Shown here: positions 36,085 through 45,510 of the stretch, piece after piece | How positions within the stretch are numbered: the stretch's first letter is position 1 | Layout: the number at the start of each line of letters is the position of its first letter | Source: Candidatus Aenigmatarchaeota archaeon | GTDB lineage: Archaea > Aenigmatarchaeota > Aenigmatarchaeia > CG10238-14 > SCSR01 | Assembly: GCA_038998625.1 (NCBI GenBank) | Contig: JAWADS010000001.1 | Location: 30,110 to 94,109, forward strand | Direction of reading: 5' to 3' | DNA: 64,000 bases | The notes under the pieces: generated by a model | Database searches by the model: none | What the model saw: the letters and a program-made list of their open reading frames with translations, nothing else | Told to the model about the DNA's origin: nothing | Program-made: the position numbers and the translations under genes

Positions 36085-37119
36085 TTGAAGAAAAGCAGAA
36101 AGAGGGAATTACAAGAAGGAATGTTTTGGGAAAAGGAAAAAAATGGAATAAGATGTTACATTTGTGCGAGAAAGTGCTTTATCGCCAAAGATAAGAGAGG
36201 ATATTGTTTAGTAAGGAAAAACATTAATAATAAATTATTTGTTTTGAATTATGGCAAAATTGTTTATTCAGCTCCAGAGCCCATGGAAAAGCTGCCACAA
36301 TTTCATTTTTATCCAGGAAAGCTCACTTTTTCTATAGCATCGCCTGGAAGTAATTTTGCCTATCAGCCCAACGAAATTCTTCAAATTTTCAAGGATAAAG
36401 ATCAGGAAGAAGTGAAGGGTGAAGATTGGACCCCAGAAAAAGTTGTGAAAAAAGCTGAGACGAGCAAATGCGTAGCCATAAGCTATACGGCCACAGAGCC
36501 TGCAATGTATTATGAATTTATGTTTAAAGTAGCTAGGGCAGCTTATAGAAGCAATATAAAAAACATTATTGTTACCAATGGTTTTATGACCCTGGAGGCG
36601 ATTAAAAAAATTGTTAAATTCTTAAATGCCGCTACAGTTAACATTTACGCTTCGGCTGATGAGCAGTTTTATTCAAACTACATGCAAGTAAAAAAACTCG
36701 ACCCAATTTTTGATGTTTTAAAGCAAATGAAAAAACATAGGGTGCACATAGAAATTGCCAATTGGATATTTCCTCAAATAGGAGATAGCATAGAAAATTG
36801 TAGAAAATTAGCTCAATGGATATCTTCTGAACTAGATTCTGATGTGCCCATGCATATTATGAGATTTTATCCTGATCATAAATTCTCAGAATTGCCTGCC
36901 ACGCCAGCAGCTACTTTAGAAAAATGCATAGAAGAAGCGAGAAAGACTGGATTAAGGCATGTATATATAGGCAATGTTCCTGGACATATGGATGAAAATA
37001 CCTACTGCTATAATTGCAGAAATCTTTTAATAGAAAGAAAAGGGTTTCAAGTAAAAAAGATTAATCTCGCTAAAGAGAGATGTCCATATTGTGGAGTAAG
37101 AATTAACATTGAGGTTTAA
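36085..37119 (+). CDS. AmmeMemoRadiSam-like radical SAM homolog lacking the CxxxCxxC motif
   Basis: C..C.R.C......G.C.VR.N, P.EK.P.FHFYPG, VTNG, YIGNVPG, T.C..C. Confidence 0.85.
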   Translation: MKKSRKRELQEGMFWEKEKNGIRCYICARKCFIAKDKRGYCLVRKNINNKLFVLNYGKIVYSAPEPMEKLPQFHFYPGKLTFSIASPGSNFAYQPNEILQIFKDKDQEEVKGEDWTPEKVVKKAETSKCVAISYTATEPAMYYEFMFKVARAAYRSNIKNIIVTNGFMTLEAIKKIVKFLNAATVNIYASADEQFYSNYMQVKKLDPIFDVLKQMKKHRVHIEIANWIFPQIGDSIENCRKLAQWISSELDSDVPMHIMRFYPDHKFSELPATPAATLEKCIEEARKTGLRHVYIGNVPGHMDENTYCYNCRNLLIERKGFQVKKINLAKERCPYCGVRINIEV

Positions 37120-37144
37120 AAAACTTTAAGAACAATGTGAAGAT

Positions 37145-37576
37145 ATGCTGACCAAAGAGGAAATAGAAGAAAAGTTGGAAAAGGGTTGGATAAAATCTAG
37201 GCTATGGTTTGAAGTTATGTCTACTGATAAAACTCTTACAGAAAAAACTTTGAAAGAGCATATAGAGAAACTGAAAAAGGAAAAATTTACTATTGTGATA
37301 AATGAAAGGTATGAAAAGGTAGAAGAGGTTGAAAAGCCTAGGCAAAATTTGGAAAAGGCTTATTCTCAAGCTGTAGAAGTAGAAATTTTAACAAAAGATA
37401 TTGAAACATTACTTTTTGATGTTATATTTTTTGCTCCTAGTGCAGTGGAAATTTTAGAACCAAAAGAGTTAAAAGTCGGAATAGATACATTGCAAACAAT
37501 AATGAACTCTGTAGCAGACATTTTACATAGATTTGCTTCTGTGGGTGGTGGTATAATAATTTCAACAAAAAAGTAA
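37145..37576 (+). CDS. Conserved archaeal hypothetical protein
   Basis: YSQAVEVE and PSAVEILEP motifs. Confidence 0.7.
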   Translation: MLTKEEIEEKLEKGWIKSRLWFEVMSTDKTLTEKTLKEHIEKLKKEKFTIVINERYEKVEEVEKPRQNLEKAYSQAVEVEILTKDIETLLFDVIFFAPSAVEILEPKELKVGIDTLQTIMNSVADILHRFASVGGGIIISTKK

Positions 37577-37613
37577 AGATTTAATTAAAATTTTCCTGTC
37601 TTTTCAAAATTTA

Positions 37614-37775
37614 CTACCACTTTTAGGAGTTCTAAATCTATATAAATTTTTCTATTTTTTCCTAGTTTTATTTATAAAGATTTTGTACCACTTTTAGGAG
37701 TTCCAACTCCTAAGAGTTGTATTTCCAATGCTTTTTAAAGCCTTTATATAGATTGCGAACCACCAATGGTGGTTC
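37614..37775. promoter_or_regulatory. Three 19-bp related semi-palindromic boxes spaced 71-72 bp apart
   Basis: CTACCACTTTTAGGAGTTC (37614), GTACCACTTTTAGGAGTTC (37685), GAACCACCAATGGTGGTTC (37757). Confidence 0.55.
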
Positions 37776-37926
37776 TAAATCTAGATAAAGGGGAAAATTT
37801 TTCAAAAAAGTTTACAAAGAAGGACCTCGCGCCTATATTCTTTGTTTTATATCTCGCGCGAGGTGGACCGCCCAGTGGAGCGAACCAATAAAAAAATTAA
37901 AAACCTTAAAAAATTAATTAGAAAAT

Positions 37927-38832
37927 GTGAAACAATTTACAACCTTTTCAGTATTATTACTCTTTATTTTTCTTTTGTTTAGCCCTTTAACTTTGGCCCA
38001 AATTCAATTTTATAGTGCAGATAATGCTTTAAGCAAAGAAGGAAAAACTTTTGTGAAAAAAATAATAACTTTTTACTTCCCTGAAAAAACCTTTGAATTT
38101 TCTATTTTTGGAAAAATTGAAAATTTTCAAGCAAGTAGCAATGCTGGCCCAGTGAGTTGTGAAGTGAAATCAGAAGCTGTAAGTATAGTTAAATGTTTTA
38201 TGAATTTAACACCAGAAAAAAGGACTTTAGAGCTGAGCTATGAAACTTTTGATTTTGTTAAAAAAATAGATAAAAAATTTTATTTTAATGGGGATTTTAG
38301 TATTTATAAAAATATAACTTCAGCATATTTTGCTGTTAGGCTTCCTGAAGGTGCGGCCATAAGCTCAGATCTTGCAATTAGCTCAATACTCCCAGAAAAT
38401 TATCAAACAGTTAGTGATGGTAGAAGAATAATTGTTCAATGGAATATGAATAACATTTCGAGTGCTCAATCATTGAAGTTACAAGTAATATATGAAGAAG
38501 TAACCTCAACTATTGTTGGTTTAACTCTTCAGCAATTACTTTTAGCGAGTGTATTAGCAGCGGCAGGCACAGGTTTATTTTTGTATAAAAGAATAAAAAA
38601 ACCTAAGGAAGTAATCCTTTCAGTTTTAGATGAAAATGAAAGAAAAGTTATTGAGATATTAAGCGCTGCTGGTGGTGAATTAAACCAAAAAAGGATAGTT
38701 CAAGAAACAAATCTTTCTAAAGCAAAAGTTAGCAGGCTAATAAAAAGCCTTTCTCAGAGGGGTTTAATAGAGGTTCAAAGGACGGGCAGAACAAATAAGA
38801 TAAAATTGGTAAAAACTAAATTTATGGAATGA
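37927..38832 (+). CDS. Membrane-anchored transcriptional regulator (extracellular domain, TM helix, C-terminal wHTH)
   Basis: Signal peptide; L.ENERKVI...GG.L.Q..IV.ET.LSKAKVSR wHTH. Confidence 0.85.
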   Translation: MKQFTTFSVLLLFIFLLFSPLTLAQIQFYSADNALSKEGKTFVKKIITFYFPEKTFEFSIFGKIENFQASSNAGPVSCEVKSEAVSIVKCFMNLTPEKRTLELSYETFDFVKKIDKKFYFNGDFSIYKNITSAYFAVRLPEGAAISSDLAISSILPENYQTVSDGRRIIVQWNMNNISSAQSLKLQVIYEEVTSTIVGLTLQQLLLASVLAAAGTGLFLYKRIKKPKEVILSVLDENERKVIEILSAAGGELNQKRIVQETNLSKAKVSRLIKSLSQRGLIEVQRTGRTNKIKLVKTKFME

Positions 38833-39020
38833 AAAAGAAAAAATAAGTCTTTTTTTAAAAAAATTGACTTAAAATTTCCGTAGAAACAATTATCTCGTTA
38901 ATTTTATATATTAGAAACAATTAAAAGAATTATTTTATAATCTGTTTTTAACTAAGAAATTGTTTCAAGAAATTTTTATATACATTATAAATCAAAATTA
39001 ACTTTAAGAAATCCCAAGCG

Positions 39021-39056
39021 CTGTAGACTATAGAATCGAGATGATATAGTTTACAG
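39021..39056 (+). promoter_or_regulatory. Leader hairpin (12 bp) capped by GA...GA upstream of the S-layer gene
   Basis: CTGTAGACTATA-GA-ATCGAGAT-GA-TATAGTTTACAG. Confidence 0.6.
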
Positions 39057-39087
39057 TGAAGAAAAAATTAGAAGGTGAAATGGAAAA

Positions 39088-41349
39088 ATGCAAATTAAGA
39101 AATGGGTTGCCACGGGTTTATCAGCCTTAATGGCTGGAGCAACCTTGGCAGGAGCTGTTTTAGCCGCACCACTAAGTAACTACCCTGCTTTCTTTGGTGG
39201 GGAAGTTCCTTATGTGGTGATTGGCGCCACTGCAGCTTCTAGTGATGTAGTAGGAGCAGTAGACATAATGGCTAGCTTGGCAGGTGTTTCTGTTGTAGAG
39301 AAAACCGTGCCAGGCGTGCCCACTACTCAAGTTTTGGGAATCGAAAGAAAGGTAGTGATCCCAACTACTAACGCAGGTTCAGTTATAGCATCAACTACTC
39401 CAAATGCAAATCAATTTCCAATTCCACTAAAGACATATCACTTTAGTGGATTGTTACAAGGACAATTTAGCTATAAAGGGACAAGCTATAACTATCATGA
39501 AGAAGTTAATTTTGGTACAACAAATCCAATCCTAACTCATAGCTTAACAACCTACGTAAATGGAACACTAAAAATGAAAGTAGATACTAATGCAGTAGAA
39601 TACCGTTATGTATTTGATAACACAATACCGGCATCTGATTTCAACTTCCAAACAGCCAATACAACAAGCTATCAAAATCCAGTGTCAGTTAAGGTAGCTG
39701 GTAAAGATTTCTTAATAGTAGCAGTACCATCCTCAAGCTCCTTTGTTGCTCTAACAGGAACTGTAGGATGGGTAACTGCTGGTTCAACAACAGGCTTAAC
39801 AGTCGGTGATTTGACAGCATTAGTAGATGCTGTATATCAGAACACTCAAGCATCAATAAGAATAGTTGACAAAGACGGCAATCTAGTTGCTAATTTGGGT
39901 GTAGTGGGAACAGATGCAAGAAGTTTTACATTTGGAGGCAAGACTTACAAAATTAAAGTATTAAATACCGCACTATCTACTAAAGAATCAGTTGCTGATA
40001 GTGCGCAATTAGTATTCGGGGAAGGAGATGTAGAAAAAACTTACGACGGAAGTGATACAGCAGTAATAGCAGATTGGGGTCCTCAGTGGAAGATTTCTGG
40101 AAATTTCCCTACAGCAGGTCAAATTCAAGCTGGCAATTACATAAAAGTAGTTTATAGTCCAGCAACTCTAGATGAGGCCCAAAAGTATTATGAGGCTGGA
40201 TCTAAGTTCTTGGGTCCAGGCGGTTACTTTGAGTTAAGCTATGCTGGCCTTACTCCAGATAAATTTGCTAAAGTTACTATAGCTCCGGTGTCAGGCAAAA
40301 CAGTATACAATTCAACAGCAGCTTCAGGATATTCAACTTGGAGCGGCTTAAATGGACTAGAGTTTTCAACAGATGTTGGTGGCACTATAGTATATGGCGG
40401 AGTAGGATATGATAAAACATATCTTCTCTTTAATGCATCAGATTCAGCAAGTCTCTTTAATGGTACTTTCTATTGGTTAGGTTACTTCGATAAAAACACT
40501 AATAGAATAGTAAATTTAACAGCGCCAGAAAAAATAAATGACACCACCTATAGAACATTCAAATTTGATTTGTCATATGGTGGGAGCGCAGCAGTAACAT
40601 ACAGTGTATGGGGTGAATTTGATGGATCAACTTTGTTAAACAATTTGACAATAAATACAACAGGAGCACCAGAGGAAGTTGTTCTTGCATATAGAAATAG
40701 AACAGCTTCTTCAACCACAGCATCTCCAGAGTTAGTGTTGGGACCTACAGCAGCCAAGTCAGAATCTAATGATGTCAGAGCAACGGTAGAAGGTAGTCTT
40801 AGTGATATATCTCTTCAAGAAAAGGATGTATTAACTGACAATGGAGTAATAGTATACACAGTAAAAGGAAATGCAGATGCAGATAAGGCCGTAGTAGGAA
40901 TACCTCCAGAAACAGTTTATGGTTTAGTACAGTTTGGTAAAGTAGTTGCAACAACAGGTGCCGGTCAGACTTACAAGGAATTTGTCCCAGTTACTGCCGC
41001 TGTGGCTAAGCTAGATAGCGAGCTTACAACTGCTGCTGATAGAGGAGCAAAGCATCTAATCCTGGTTGGAGGTCCTTGTGTAAATACCCTAGTTGCTGAT
41101 TTGGCAACTGCGGGTAAGTTCCCATACACATGTGCCACCTGGCCAGGAAGAGACTTTGGTATGATTAAAGTAATAGACGATGCCTTTGCAACTGGTAAGA
41201 TAGCGGTAGTTGTGGCTGGAACAAGGGCAGCTGATACAAGATTGGCAGCTTCTGTGTTACAGCAATATGCAACAAGACTAGCTGGTGTGGCAGCCAGTAC
41301 AGTAGAAGTAACTGGTACAACTGCAGCTCCTGTAGTAACTCCAGTATAA
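39088..41349 (+). CDS. S-layer protein
   Basis: Signal peptide; VVIGATAASSDVVGAVDI; C-terminal LILVGGPCVN.LV and VVVAG...DT. Confidence 0.9.
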   Translation: MQIKKWVATGLSALMAGATLAGAVLAAPLSNYPAFFGGEVPYVVIGATAASSDVVGAVDIMASLAGVSVVEKTVPGVPTTQVLGIERKVVIPTTNAGSVIASTTPNANQFPIPLKTYHFSGLLQGQFSYKGTSYNYHEEVNFGTTNPILTHSLTTYVNGTLKMKVDTNAVEYRYVFDNTIPASDFNFQTANTTSYQNPVSVKVAGKDFLIVAVPSSSSFVALTGTVGWVTAGSTTGLTVGDLTALVDAVYQNTQASIRIVDKDGNLVANLGVVGTDARSFTFGGKTYKIKVLNTALSTKESVADSAQLVFGEGDVEKTYDGSDTAVIADWGPQWKISGNFPTAGQIQAGNYIKVVYSPATLDEAQKYYEAGSKFLGPGGYFELSYAGLTPDKFAKVTIAPVSGKTVYNSTAASGYSTWSGLNGLEFSTDVGGTIVYGGVGYDKTYLLFNASDSASLFNGTFYWLGYFDKNTNRIVNLTAPEKINDTTYRTFKFDLSYGGSAAVTYSVWGEFDGSTLLNNLTINTTGAPEEVVLAYRNRTASSTTASPELVLGPTAAKSESNDVRATVEGSLSDISLQEKDVLTDNGVIVYTVKGNADADKAVVGIPPETVYGLVQFGKVVATTGAGQTYKEFVPVTAAVAKLDSELTTAADRGAKHLILVGGPCVNTLVADLATAGKFPYTCATWPGRDFGMIKVIDDAFATGKIAVVVAGTRAADTRLAASVLQQYATRLAGVAASTVEVTGTTAAPVVTPV

Positions 41350-41450
41350 AATTAGCTCCAGTCTATATAGGCTGAATTTGCCGACTTTTTTATTTTCTTT
41401 GTTTTTTGAATTAATTGTTTCTTGAGTAGAATTTTTAGGAAAGTCTAAAT

Positions 41451-42002
41451 ATGGTTTTGAGAATAAAAATTACAAGGGAGCAAATAATTGGATTTACTTC
41501 TTTACTACTTTTGTTTTTAGTGGGAATTTATCTTTATCTAAACTTTTATCCTGTAAGAACGGTAGTGATTGATGGTACACCCATAACTTTTAGGCAAAAT
41601 ATTAAGGAAGCAAAAAATGTTTTAGTTTTCCCCAATGAAGATGAAATATTCAATAAACTTTTCAATACAGCAGTAATTAACATAACCTTTGTTTTTAAAG
41701 ATGCTGGGGAAAGGGAAAATCCTTATTATATTTTACAAGAAGTAGAGATAATAAATAAACTGACTTTTGCATACGCTAGACTTAATAGAAAAGTTAATTT
41801 TAACGCTATGCCCATCGAAACCTATGAAAATCTTAGAGGCACAATTTACAATCCCATTATAGCTTTAATTCATCCTATTTATGCCAATGAAACTTTTGTT
41901 ATGGTAAAGGATAATGTGATTTTTATTTCTGGTAAAAACTATAAAGATTTTGATTTAGCGACAATAAGATTCTTATCTATTGCTTTAAATATAAAAATTT
42001 GA
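41451..42002 (+). CDS. Hypothetical membrane-anchored protein
   Basis: N-terminal TM helix. Confidence 0.7.
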   Translation: MVLRIKITREQIIGFTSLLLLFLVGIYLYLNFYPVRTVVIDGTPITFRQNIKEAKNVLVFPNEDEIFNKLFNTAVINITFVFKDAGERENPYYILQEVEIINKLTFAYARLNRKVNFNAMPIETYENLRGTIYNPIIALIHPIYANETFVMVKDNVIFISGKNYKDFDLATIRFLSIALNIKI

Positions 42003-42027
42003 TATTTGAAAAATAAAGTAGGGTTTT

Positions 42028-43254
42028 ATGTATTGGATTGATGCAATATTGCTCGCAGCATTGTTTCTAATTTGTTATACCATGACATTTCATTTAATTC
42101 TTTGGTTTGAAAATCGAAACCATTTGTATAAAAGAGGTTATAAAAAACAAAAATTGCCTGACTTAAGTTTAATCATTCCTGCTTACAATGAATCTAATGG
42201 AATTTTGAATACCTTAAAGAGATTGCTAAAGGTTAATTATCCAAGAAATAAGCTAGAGGTTTTAGTTATCGATGATGGAAGTGAAGATAATACTTATCAA
42301 ATAGCAAAGGATTTTTCTAAAAGACATAAATTCATTAAAGTTTTCAGGAAAAGGCATTCTGGTAAAGCAGCCAGCATAAATTTTGGAATTCTTAAAGCTA
42401 AGAATGAATTTGTTGGTGTTATGGATGCTGATAGCCATTTAACTCCTAATGCTTTGCTGAATTGTATGAAATATTTTAATTCTGATGATGTTGCTGCAGT
42501 CACAACTAGAATTTTAGTAAAACAAAAGAAAACCCTTTTAGAAAAATGGCAAGATATAGAATTCAAAATAATTGCTTTGGCTAGAAAAATTAAGGAAAGT
42601 TTAAATCTTATTGATGTAACTCCAGGGCCTTTGAGTATTTACAGGAAAAAAGCTTTAATTAAGGTCGGAATGTTTGACGAAAAAAATCTCTTGGAAGATA
42701 TGGAAATAGCATGGCGCCTTTTAAAATATGGTTATAAAATAAATATGGCCTATGATGCTAAAGTCTACACTTTTTACCCTGGAAAATTTTTGGCATGGTT
42801 AAAACAAAGAACAAGATGGCATATTGGGTGGCTTCAGATAATAACAAAATACCTTAATTCTATATTTAAAGATCATCCTGTCGGAACTTTTCTTTTACCT
42901 GTTGCATTGTTAAGCGTAGCTTTTCAGGCAATAGTAACGGGAATAATTATTTATTTGTTTTTAACTTGGTTAATAACCATGATTTATTATATTCATAACT
43001 CTTTAGTACTAAAAATAATGCCACAGATTTTCTATTTTGATTTTCAACCAAACATTTTTACTTTTTACGGAATTTTGTTCTCTATTTTGGGTATCTATTT
43101 TTCATTAGTTATTCTAAGGCAGTACAAAAAAGGACCCAGGATATTTGAGCTAATGAGTTTTATCTTTCTATATTCTTATTTACCCTTTTTGATGGTTTTT
43201 GTTTATTCTTTATTCAAAATATTAACAAGGAGATATTCTTGGTTGACAAAATGA
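42028..43254 (+). CDS. GT2 processive glycosyltransferase (cellulose synthase/PgaC-like)
   Basis: PAYNE, DDGS, DAD, ED, QRTRW; multiple TM helices. Confidence 0.9.
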   Translation: MYWIDAILLAALFLICYTMTFHLILWFENRNHLYKRGYKKQKLPDLSLIIPAYNESNGILNTLKRLLKVNYPRNKLEVLVIDDGSEDNTYQIAKDFSKRHKFIKVFRKRHSGKAASINFGILKAKNEFVGVMDADSHLTPNALLNCMKYFNSDDVAAVTTRILVKQKKTLLEKWQDIEFKIIALARKIKESLNLIDVTPGPLSIYRKKALIKVGMFDEKNLLEDMEIAWRLLKYGYKINMAYDAKVYTFYPGKFLAWLKQRTRWHIGWLQIITKYLNSIFKDHPVGTFLLPVALLSVAFQAIVTGIIIYLFLTWLITMIYYIHNSLVLKIMPQIFYFDFQPNIFTFYGILFSILGIYFSLVILRQYKKGPRIFELMSFIFLYSYLPFLMVFVYSLFKILTRRYSWLTK

Positions 43255-43904
43255 AGATGGGGCCCTATATTAAAGCTGGTTTAATTACATTGTTTATTTT
43301 TGTTAGTGGCATTATGTTTGGAATTTTCATTGATAATTTTCGTTTATCTGAAATAAGGGAAAGAATTTCGAGGGTCGAAGTAAGCTCTCTTGACGCCATG
43401 TTAATGTCTTTGTATTTTCAAAAATTCGGAAAAGGAGCTTGTGATATAGCTCTAGATACAAATCTCAGATTCAATCAAAGAATTTATTCTGAAGGATCAA
43501 GGATAGAAGAAGCTATAAAAGTAAATATGTTTACTCCAGAATTAGAACAAGAATGGAGAAGATACATTTTGCTACAAGTTCAATTCTGGTTTAATAGTGT
43601 TGAATTGAAAAAAAATTGTAATTTCAATTATAGCAATGTGGTGCATCTTTTCAAATTAAAGATTGAAGATCCTCAAGAAAAGGCTTTAAATAAATTACAA
43701 TCACAGATTATGCTAAATTTAAAACAAAAATGCGGGAATAAGATAATGTTAATTCCAATAACTACTGATAGCAATCTTTCCATTGTAGATGCAGTAGTAA
43801 AGCAACACAACATCACTAAATTACCAGCAATAATAATAGATGAAGAAAAAGTTTTTCAAGGGTTAACAAGTTTAGAGAGGCTGAATGAAGTTACTAATTG
43901 TTAA
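43251..43904 (+). CDS. Membrane-anchored protein with thioredoxin-like C-terminus
   Basis: N-terminal TM helix; ITKLPAIIID...FQG; ATGA-overlap start at 43251. Confidence 0.7.
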   Translation: MKMGPYIKAGLITLFIFVSGIMFGIFIDNFRLSEIRERISRVEVSSLDAMLMSLYFQKFGKGACDIALDTNLRFNQRIYSEGSRIEEAIKVNMFTPELEQEWRRYILLQVQFWFNSVELKKNCNFNYSNVVHLFKLKIEDPQEKALNKLQSQIMLNLKQKCGNKIMLIPITTDSNLSIVDAVVKQHNITKLPAIIIDEEKVFQGLTSLERLNEVTNC

Positions 43905-44080
43905 TTTTTAATTTTTTCTAAAAGTCCAGAGTTTTTCCATAAAAAATTTGCAATATTAGTAGTGCCGGGAATTATCCACAACAATAATTTCAAACCTTTC
44001 CTTTGAAAGAGTTTTGTGAAGAGTTTTATCAACTCTTCAATATTTTCTGCTTCATTATATGTCGGAATTATCCTCAACAT
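43901..44080 (-). pseudogene. Frameshifted, truncated GT2 (DPM1-like) remnant
   Basis: IIPTYNEAENIEELI in frame; FEIIVVDNS in a shifted frame; GT.NIA back in frame; then a stop. Confidence 0.7.
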
Positions 44081-44095
44081 AATTCTGGTTTAAAT

Positions 44096-44437
44096 TTAAA
44101 GGAGCTTTAATTTTCCAGTAATTTTATCAATTTTATCCTCTTTATCAGGGCCAATTCCCAAGGCAGTAATAGTTCCTTTTTTCACTTGGGTAAGGCCAGC
44201 ATCCCTCACTAAAAAGCAAGGAATTTTTTCTTTTTTCACTTTTTTGTATATCTCCTTTAATTTCTCTAAGCTGTTAACTTTAACCACAATTTTTTTTGCT
44301 CCTTCCTTTTCCCAAATTTCTGAAATGTTTTTATTTGCTTTTTTCAAACTACCAATGGCTGCGTGGGCCACTTGGGCTGCAATTTTACCAACACCTAGCT
44401 TCAAGTCCTTTCTTACCACAATAACTTGCTTATACAT
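44096..44437 (-). CDS. pth2: Peptidyl-tRNA hydrolase Pth2
   Basis: KQVIVVRKDL, GKIAAQVAHA, DAGLTQ, GIGP. Confidence 0.95.
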   Translation of the reverse strand: MYKQVIVVRKDLKLGVGKIAAQVAHAAIGSLKKANKNISEIWEKEGAKKIVVKVNSLEKLKEIYKKVKKEKIPCFLVRDAGLTQVKKGTITALGIGPDKEDKIDKITGKLKLL

Positions 44438-44445
44438 TTTCCACC

Positions 44446-44964
44446 TCAAAATACTGATTTGATTAAAGCTTCTATGTAATGGATTAATATTGTTCCTCCA
44501 AAATAACCAGAGAAGGCAATTAAAATAGTTTTTATAGTCTTCCCAATAAATGTTGCTAAAAAGAATTTCTTCAAATTATAATTACTTGCTCCTGCTAAAA
44601 TTCCAACAACATCAAATGGAAAAGGTAATAGGGCAGTTATGAGAATAGTTAAAAAACCAAATCTATGAAAATGTTTTTCTAACCATCTAAACCATTTCGG
44701 CAATTTTTTCTTTTCTTCGACGACATGCCTACCTCCAGCCCCAAGAAAATAGCCTGTTAATTCACCTATGGCCGATCCCAAACCGGATGCAAATCCAACT
44801 ATAAATGGATTTAATCCTAAACTTGTTACAACAAAGGTAATTGCATATAACGGCAAAGGAAGAAAAATTGTAGAGGTGGAAATTAGACTTAAGAGGAAAA
44901 CTCCAAAATAAGAAAATTCTATTAAAAATTGATGCGCCCATGTTAAAATTTCAAAAATTACCAT
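44446..44964 (-). CDS. VTT/SNARE-associated (DedA-like) membrane protein
   Basis: GSAIGELTGY, LPFPFDVVGILAG. Confidence 0.85.
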   Translation of the reverse strand: MVIFEILTWAHQFLIEFSYFGVFLLSLISTSTIFLPLPLYAITFVVTSLGLNPFIVGFASGLGSAIGELTGYFLGAGGRHVVEEKKKLPKWFRWLEKHFHRFGFLTILITALLPFPFDVVGILAGASNYNLKKFFLATFIGKTIKTILIAFSGYFGGTILIHYIEALIKSVF

Positions 44965-44995
44965 TGATTATTTTTTTGATTTTTTGATATTAAAT

Positions 44996-45436
44996 CTAAC
45001 CAATATATTCAGTTTTTTTCTCCTTTTCTTCCTGCTTCTCTTTAGGAATTATTATGGGAAAGAGTATTGGGGGTGGCAATTGAAGCTCTTCAGATATACT
45101 TAATCCTAAGCCTAAACATTTTCTGAATAGAAAGTTTTTAATTTCTATGTCAATTTTTTCTGGTAACTTCTTTTCCTTTTTCCAATCTTTTAATATTTTC
45201 TTTGAATCTTCACTAGCAAATAAAAGCTCTCCAGACATTTTTATTTTTGCTACATCTGGCTTATATTCTGTTTCAAACTCAAAAGTTATTCCTAAAGCGG
45301 TCTGTTTGCCTAAAATATTTACAGTCCTTTCTTCAACGGTTTTAATAAGTGGAGTAGAAGAAATATCTATTCTACCGACAGGATTCCCTTTTCTTTCTGC
45401 TACAATACTTTTTAAAGAGTAACCCAATATAGGCAT
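44996..45436 (-). CDS. Conserved archaeal hypothetical protein
   Basis: F.FETEY.P, LQLPPPI.FP and C-terminal EYIG. Confidence 0.7.
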   Translation of the reverse strand: MPILGYSLKSIVAERKGNPVGRIDISSTPLIKTVEERTVNILGKQTALGITFEFETEYKPDVAKIKMSGELLFASEDSKKILKDWKKEKKLPEKIDIEIKNFLFRKCLGLGLSISEELQLPPPILFPIIIPKEKQEEKEKKTEYIG

Positions 45437-45510
45437 GATATTACCTTTGAGATACCATTTTATTGAATTTATATCTTTATATAATTACCTTAACTTTATT
45501 AAGATTATTT

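Noticed and set aside
37614..37792. Degenerate CRISPR array (71-72 bp period)
   Set aside because: Only three poorly matching units, shared core about 19 bp, low-complexity spacers, no cas genes, and a solitary copy in another promoter.
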